IMG/VR virus record: IMGVR_UViG_3300005831_000006
Location: 1 to 61,072 of that record
Source of the DNA: a virus
Taxonomy: Duplodnaviria > Caudoviricetes
Direction: 5' to 3' (one strand)
DNA length: 61,072 nt
In this document: positions 58,380-61,072 of the stretch, piece by piece
Numbering within the stretch: the stretch's first letter is position 1
Layout of the letters: every line of letters begins with the position of its first letter
Made by a program: the position numbers and the translations under genes
The notes under the pieces: model-generated
Seen by the model: the letters and a program-made list of their open reading frames with translations, nothing else
Told to the model about the DNA's origin: nothing
Database searches by the model: none

Positions 58380-59154
58380 ACATTATATCATTATGAAACA
58401 TTAAAATATTTTCAAGTAATCGTATCATCTTGTTTAAATCATCATGAAATTCAATACAGTGAAAATACGGTTGATGGGTTTTTGTCTTTATTTTATATAA
58501 CCCGGATCCTAAATCGCTATAGACTTTGTTAATTTTGATACATTTATCAATATTGTCCATAGCATTAGCTTCGCCAGACTTAATTTTATTATTAAGTCTT
58601 CTCAAAAATTCATTTCGACTATCTGATTCAGAAATTTGATTATCGAATGAACCTACAATTATAATTCTTTTTGGAAGTTTGATTTCCATAGAATCTGTAA
58701 GAGCTGCGATATAAGTACATTTTTGTATAATATCACCGACAGTAGTATTATCATCAAGAATACCACTCTGATAAACAATTGTACTCATTATACCTCTATC
58801 AGTAATATAGATAGAACCTTTCTCCATATTTTGCTGACCTTCTTTTCGATCACTCATAAATATATCAGTGATAAAATGAGATTTATCAGTCGGGGTCATT
58901 AAATCCCCGTTTTCTTCCATCTTAGATACGAAATTCTTTTTTGTTTCAAGAGATGGTTCTCTATTATTTATACAGCTGAAACCACGTTCATTGAACTGAT
59001 GGGTCAATTTTGCTGTAATAGTTGTAGTTCCTGTACATTCTCCACCATCTATTGAAATTGAATTTATAAAAATGCCGACCTTTTGTAATTGTTTCTCAAA
59101 GTATTGTTTTGAGAAATTTACCAATACTTCGATCTTATCTTCATATGAATCCAT
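58378..59154 (-). CDS. tmk: thymidylate (dNMP) kinase family protein
   Basis: ISIDGGECTGTTT (P-loop position), NREP, TDRGIMSTIVYQ. Confidence 0.75.
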   Translation of the reverse strand: MDSYEDKIEVLVNFSKQYFEKQLQKVGIFINSISIDGGECTGTTTITAKLTHQFNERGFSCINNREPSLETKKNFVSKMEENGDLMTPTDKSHFITDIFMSDRKEGQQNMEKGSIYITDRGIMSTIVYQSGILDDNTTVGDIIQKCTYIAALTDSMEIKLPKRIIIVGSFDNQISESDSRNEFLRRLNNKIKSGEANAMDNIDKCIKINKVYSDLGSGLYKIKTKTHQPYFHCIEFHDDLNKMIRLLENILMFHNDIM

Positions 59155-59225
59155 ATTTTACCCTTATTTGAAAAATGTTAATAGTATGTGGAGCGAAAAC
59201 TCCACATACTATTATTTACAGTTTA

Positions 59226-59696
59226 TTACTTTGATCCATCCGATTCGGAATTGTCAGGTACATCACAGTCTTCAGGTTTTGATACCGGTTCATATGAATC
59301 AATAACAATACCCAGAGTAATGAGATGATCGAAATCATCGGATGATAATGGAGAACTTTTAATGTTTTCCAATTCCTTGATATCAATTGTTTCCTTAACA
59401 TCAATTACCACTTCGGAATTCACCAATTCATTGATATAAGAAACAAATAGTGCATATTCGACAGTTCCTTTTGCAAGGACAACTCTGCCCGAATCGGATT
59501 CGTCAGTTTTACCAAGTTCACGAATTTTTGCACCATGCAATTCTTCATATTCGGTAATTTCTGATACAAATGGTTTGAGAATTCTTCTCGTACGCATTAC
59601 GAGTGAACCCGGTACACCTTCACCCTTCATTGATTTAAGGGCATCAATAGATTTTGAAGCATCAATAATTTCTGCTAAAATTAACTTTTTCCTCAT
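59226..59696 (-). CDS. hypothetical protein downstream of the tail fibre gene
   Basis: AGGAG RBS; helical and acidic. Confidence 0.6.
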   Translation of the reverse strand: MRKKLILAEIIDASKSIDALKSMKGEGVPGSLVMRTRRILKPFVSEITEYEELHGAKIRELGKTDESDSGRVVLAKGTVEYALFVSYINELVNSEVVIDVKETIDIKELENIKSSPLSSDDFDHLITLGIVIDSYEPVSKPEDCDVPDNSESDGSK

Positions 59697-59857
59697 ACAA
59701 AAAAACTCCTAAATTTATTGTTATAGAATACAGTTTCATTTCATACATATGTGATTAGTATGATTAAAAAATATTAAAACTGATATGTTTATTAAGTTAT
59801 ATAAATATAGTATATCTATAATATTTCATATAAGATATACCATATTTAATAATTTAC

Positions 59858-61072
59858 TTAATAATCCGATATAGATCCCATTCTGCATACGAATCTCCAA
59901 CCTGTACCACTATCGTATCTAAATACATATATGACGTCACTAGCCATAACTAATGTACCTGAATAATGTTGGAGATTAACAGTTGTTGGAGCAAATTTTC
60001 TAGCTATCATGACATATTGACCGCTAACTGCAGTGGAGGACGACAATGAATAAGTTGCACCACTTCCAGTCAATATAACCATTGATATTCCCCGAACATC
60101 AAGAGCACCTGCACCAGGCTCGAAAAGTATTCCTGATCCAACCTTACCTCTCACTGTTCCATTTAAATATATACCTGATGATGATTCCAATTCCATACCG
60201 CCAACACCGGAATGTAACAATAATTTATCATCTTCCGATTCTTGTATATAAGCGTTGTCACCATCACCAAAACATATTTTTCCACCATGATTATAAGTAC
60301 CAGAATTACCAAGAATTCTAATACCTGCCTCACCGGTAGCCGTACTAAGTTGAAGTACGTCTGAAGCTAAACCCCTAGTATTATCACCACCATATCTTAT
60401 TGTACCGTTTGTGTTTACTTTGAAATATGGTTGTAAAGCATAGGCTGTGCCATCTCTACCGACCTCTAATGATCTAAATTTAGCACCACTTGAGTTAATA
60501 GTAAAGTAATAAGGAGATGTACTATATGATCGTATTGAATCTGATATCAATTCAGATGCATAGAAAGCTTTATTACTCTCTACCCAATTATCAGTAATCT
60601 CAAATATAAGAGTACCAAGATGAATAAATCTGAATCTATCACCACTATCATTAGCAACATAGAATGTCATATACTGATCACCACCACCACCATCGGTAAG
60701 TGTTATTTTGGCAACATCACTAGTATCACCAGCATTCTCATATGCTCCAACAGGGAAGTGAATACCTCCACCATCACCTTTGGCTGCATAAATTCTACCC
60801 TCAACAGCAACATATCCATTAGTATGGAAGTTACCATTACCAATATCTATCCATGCATATGTACTATTATTGTGTCTGAATTGGAAGTACATACCACTAG
60901 CATAATAAACTCCATCATTAGTTGAATCGCTGGCACCTAATCTAAATAACCAACTATCATCATATCTTCTAGTTGGACAATAAATATAACCAGTTGCGTT
61001 TATATGACCAGTAACATAAACATCTTTATTAAGATCAACTCTATCATAGCGGATATCTACAACTTCTCCACC
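59858..61072 (-). CDS. tail fibre / receptor-binding protein, C-terminal part (5' end outside the window)
   Basis: frame is open from the window end (GGEVVDIRYDRV...) to the stop at 59858; Gly/Ser/Asn/Tyr-rich beta-strand modules. Confidence 0.7.
   Translation of the reverse strand, partial: GGEVVDIRYDRVDLNKDVYVTGHINATGYIYCPTRRYDDSWLFRLGASDSTNDGVYYASGMYFQFRHNNSTYAWIDIGNGNFHTNGYVAVEGRIYAAKGDGGGIHFPVGAYENAGDTSDVAKITLTDGGGGDQYMTFYVANDSGDRFRFIHLGTLIFEITDNWVESNKAFYASELISDSIRSYSTSPYYFTINSSGAKFRSLEVGRDGTAYALQPYFKVNTNGTIRYGGDNTRGLASDVLQLSTATGEAGIRILGNSGTYNHGGKICFGDGDNAYIQESEDDKLLLHSGVGGMELESSSGIYLNGTVRGKVGSGILFEPGAGALDVRGISMVILTGSGATYSLSSSTAVSGQYVMIARKFAPTTVNLQHYSGTLVMASDVIYVFRYDSGTGWRFVCRMGSISDY

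Noticed and set aside
1-61072. Stop-codon reassignment as in some large phages
   Set aside because: Long intact ORFs under code 11, with TAA, TGA and TAG all used as real stops

Overview
AT-rich, gene-dense fragment of a jumbo myophage of the phiKZ/AR9(PBS1)-related type that encodes its own multisubunit RNA polymerase. It uses the standard genetic code, and I saw no tRNA, CRISPR array or intron. Virion genes include a probable major capsid protein with an adjacent acidic scaffold-like protein, a prohead protease, neck and baseplate proteins, and a tail fibre truncated by the window end. Replication and repair genes include SbcC and SbcD, an NAD-dependent ligase, primase, Dda-like and DnaB helicases, and the exonuclease/motif-A half of a split family-B polymerase. 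The window also holds a 1474-aa RNAP beta subunit, a GH19+M15 endolysin, a PNKP-like enzyme, an HU-like protein and NUMOD/HNH mobile endonucleases. The non-coding DNA carries the most interesting signals. (i) A 174-bp element occurs twice in inverted orientation 12.5 kb apart (38044-38217 and 50746-50919), and its palindromic core has a 13-bp centre flipped between the copies. (ii) A ~310-nt multi-hairpin ncRNA candidate has its own promoter motif and terminator (50401-50714). (iii) A stand-alone 22-codon acidic micropeptide unit lies at 35264-35332. (iv) An AACA-N6-T(A/G) motif recurs upstream of many genes and matches the uracil-dependent late promoter of phage AR9, while a separate TATATAT motif looks early-type. 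(v) A candidate replication origin lies at 47.1-47.5 kb. Product calls come from motif reading only; no database search or folding program was run.
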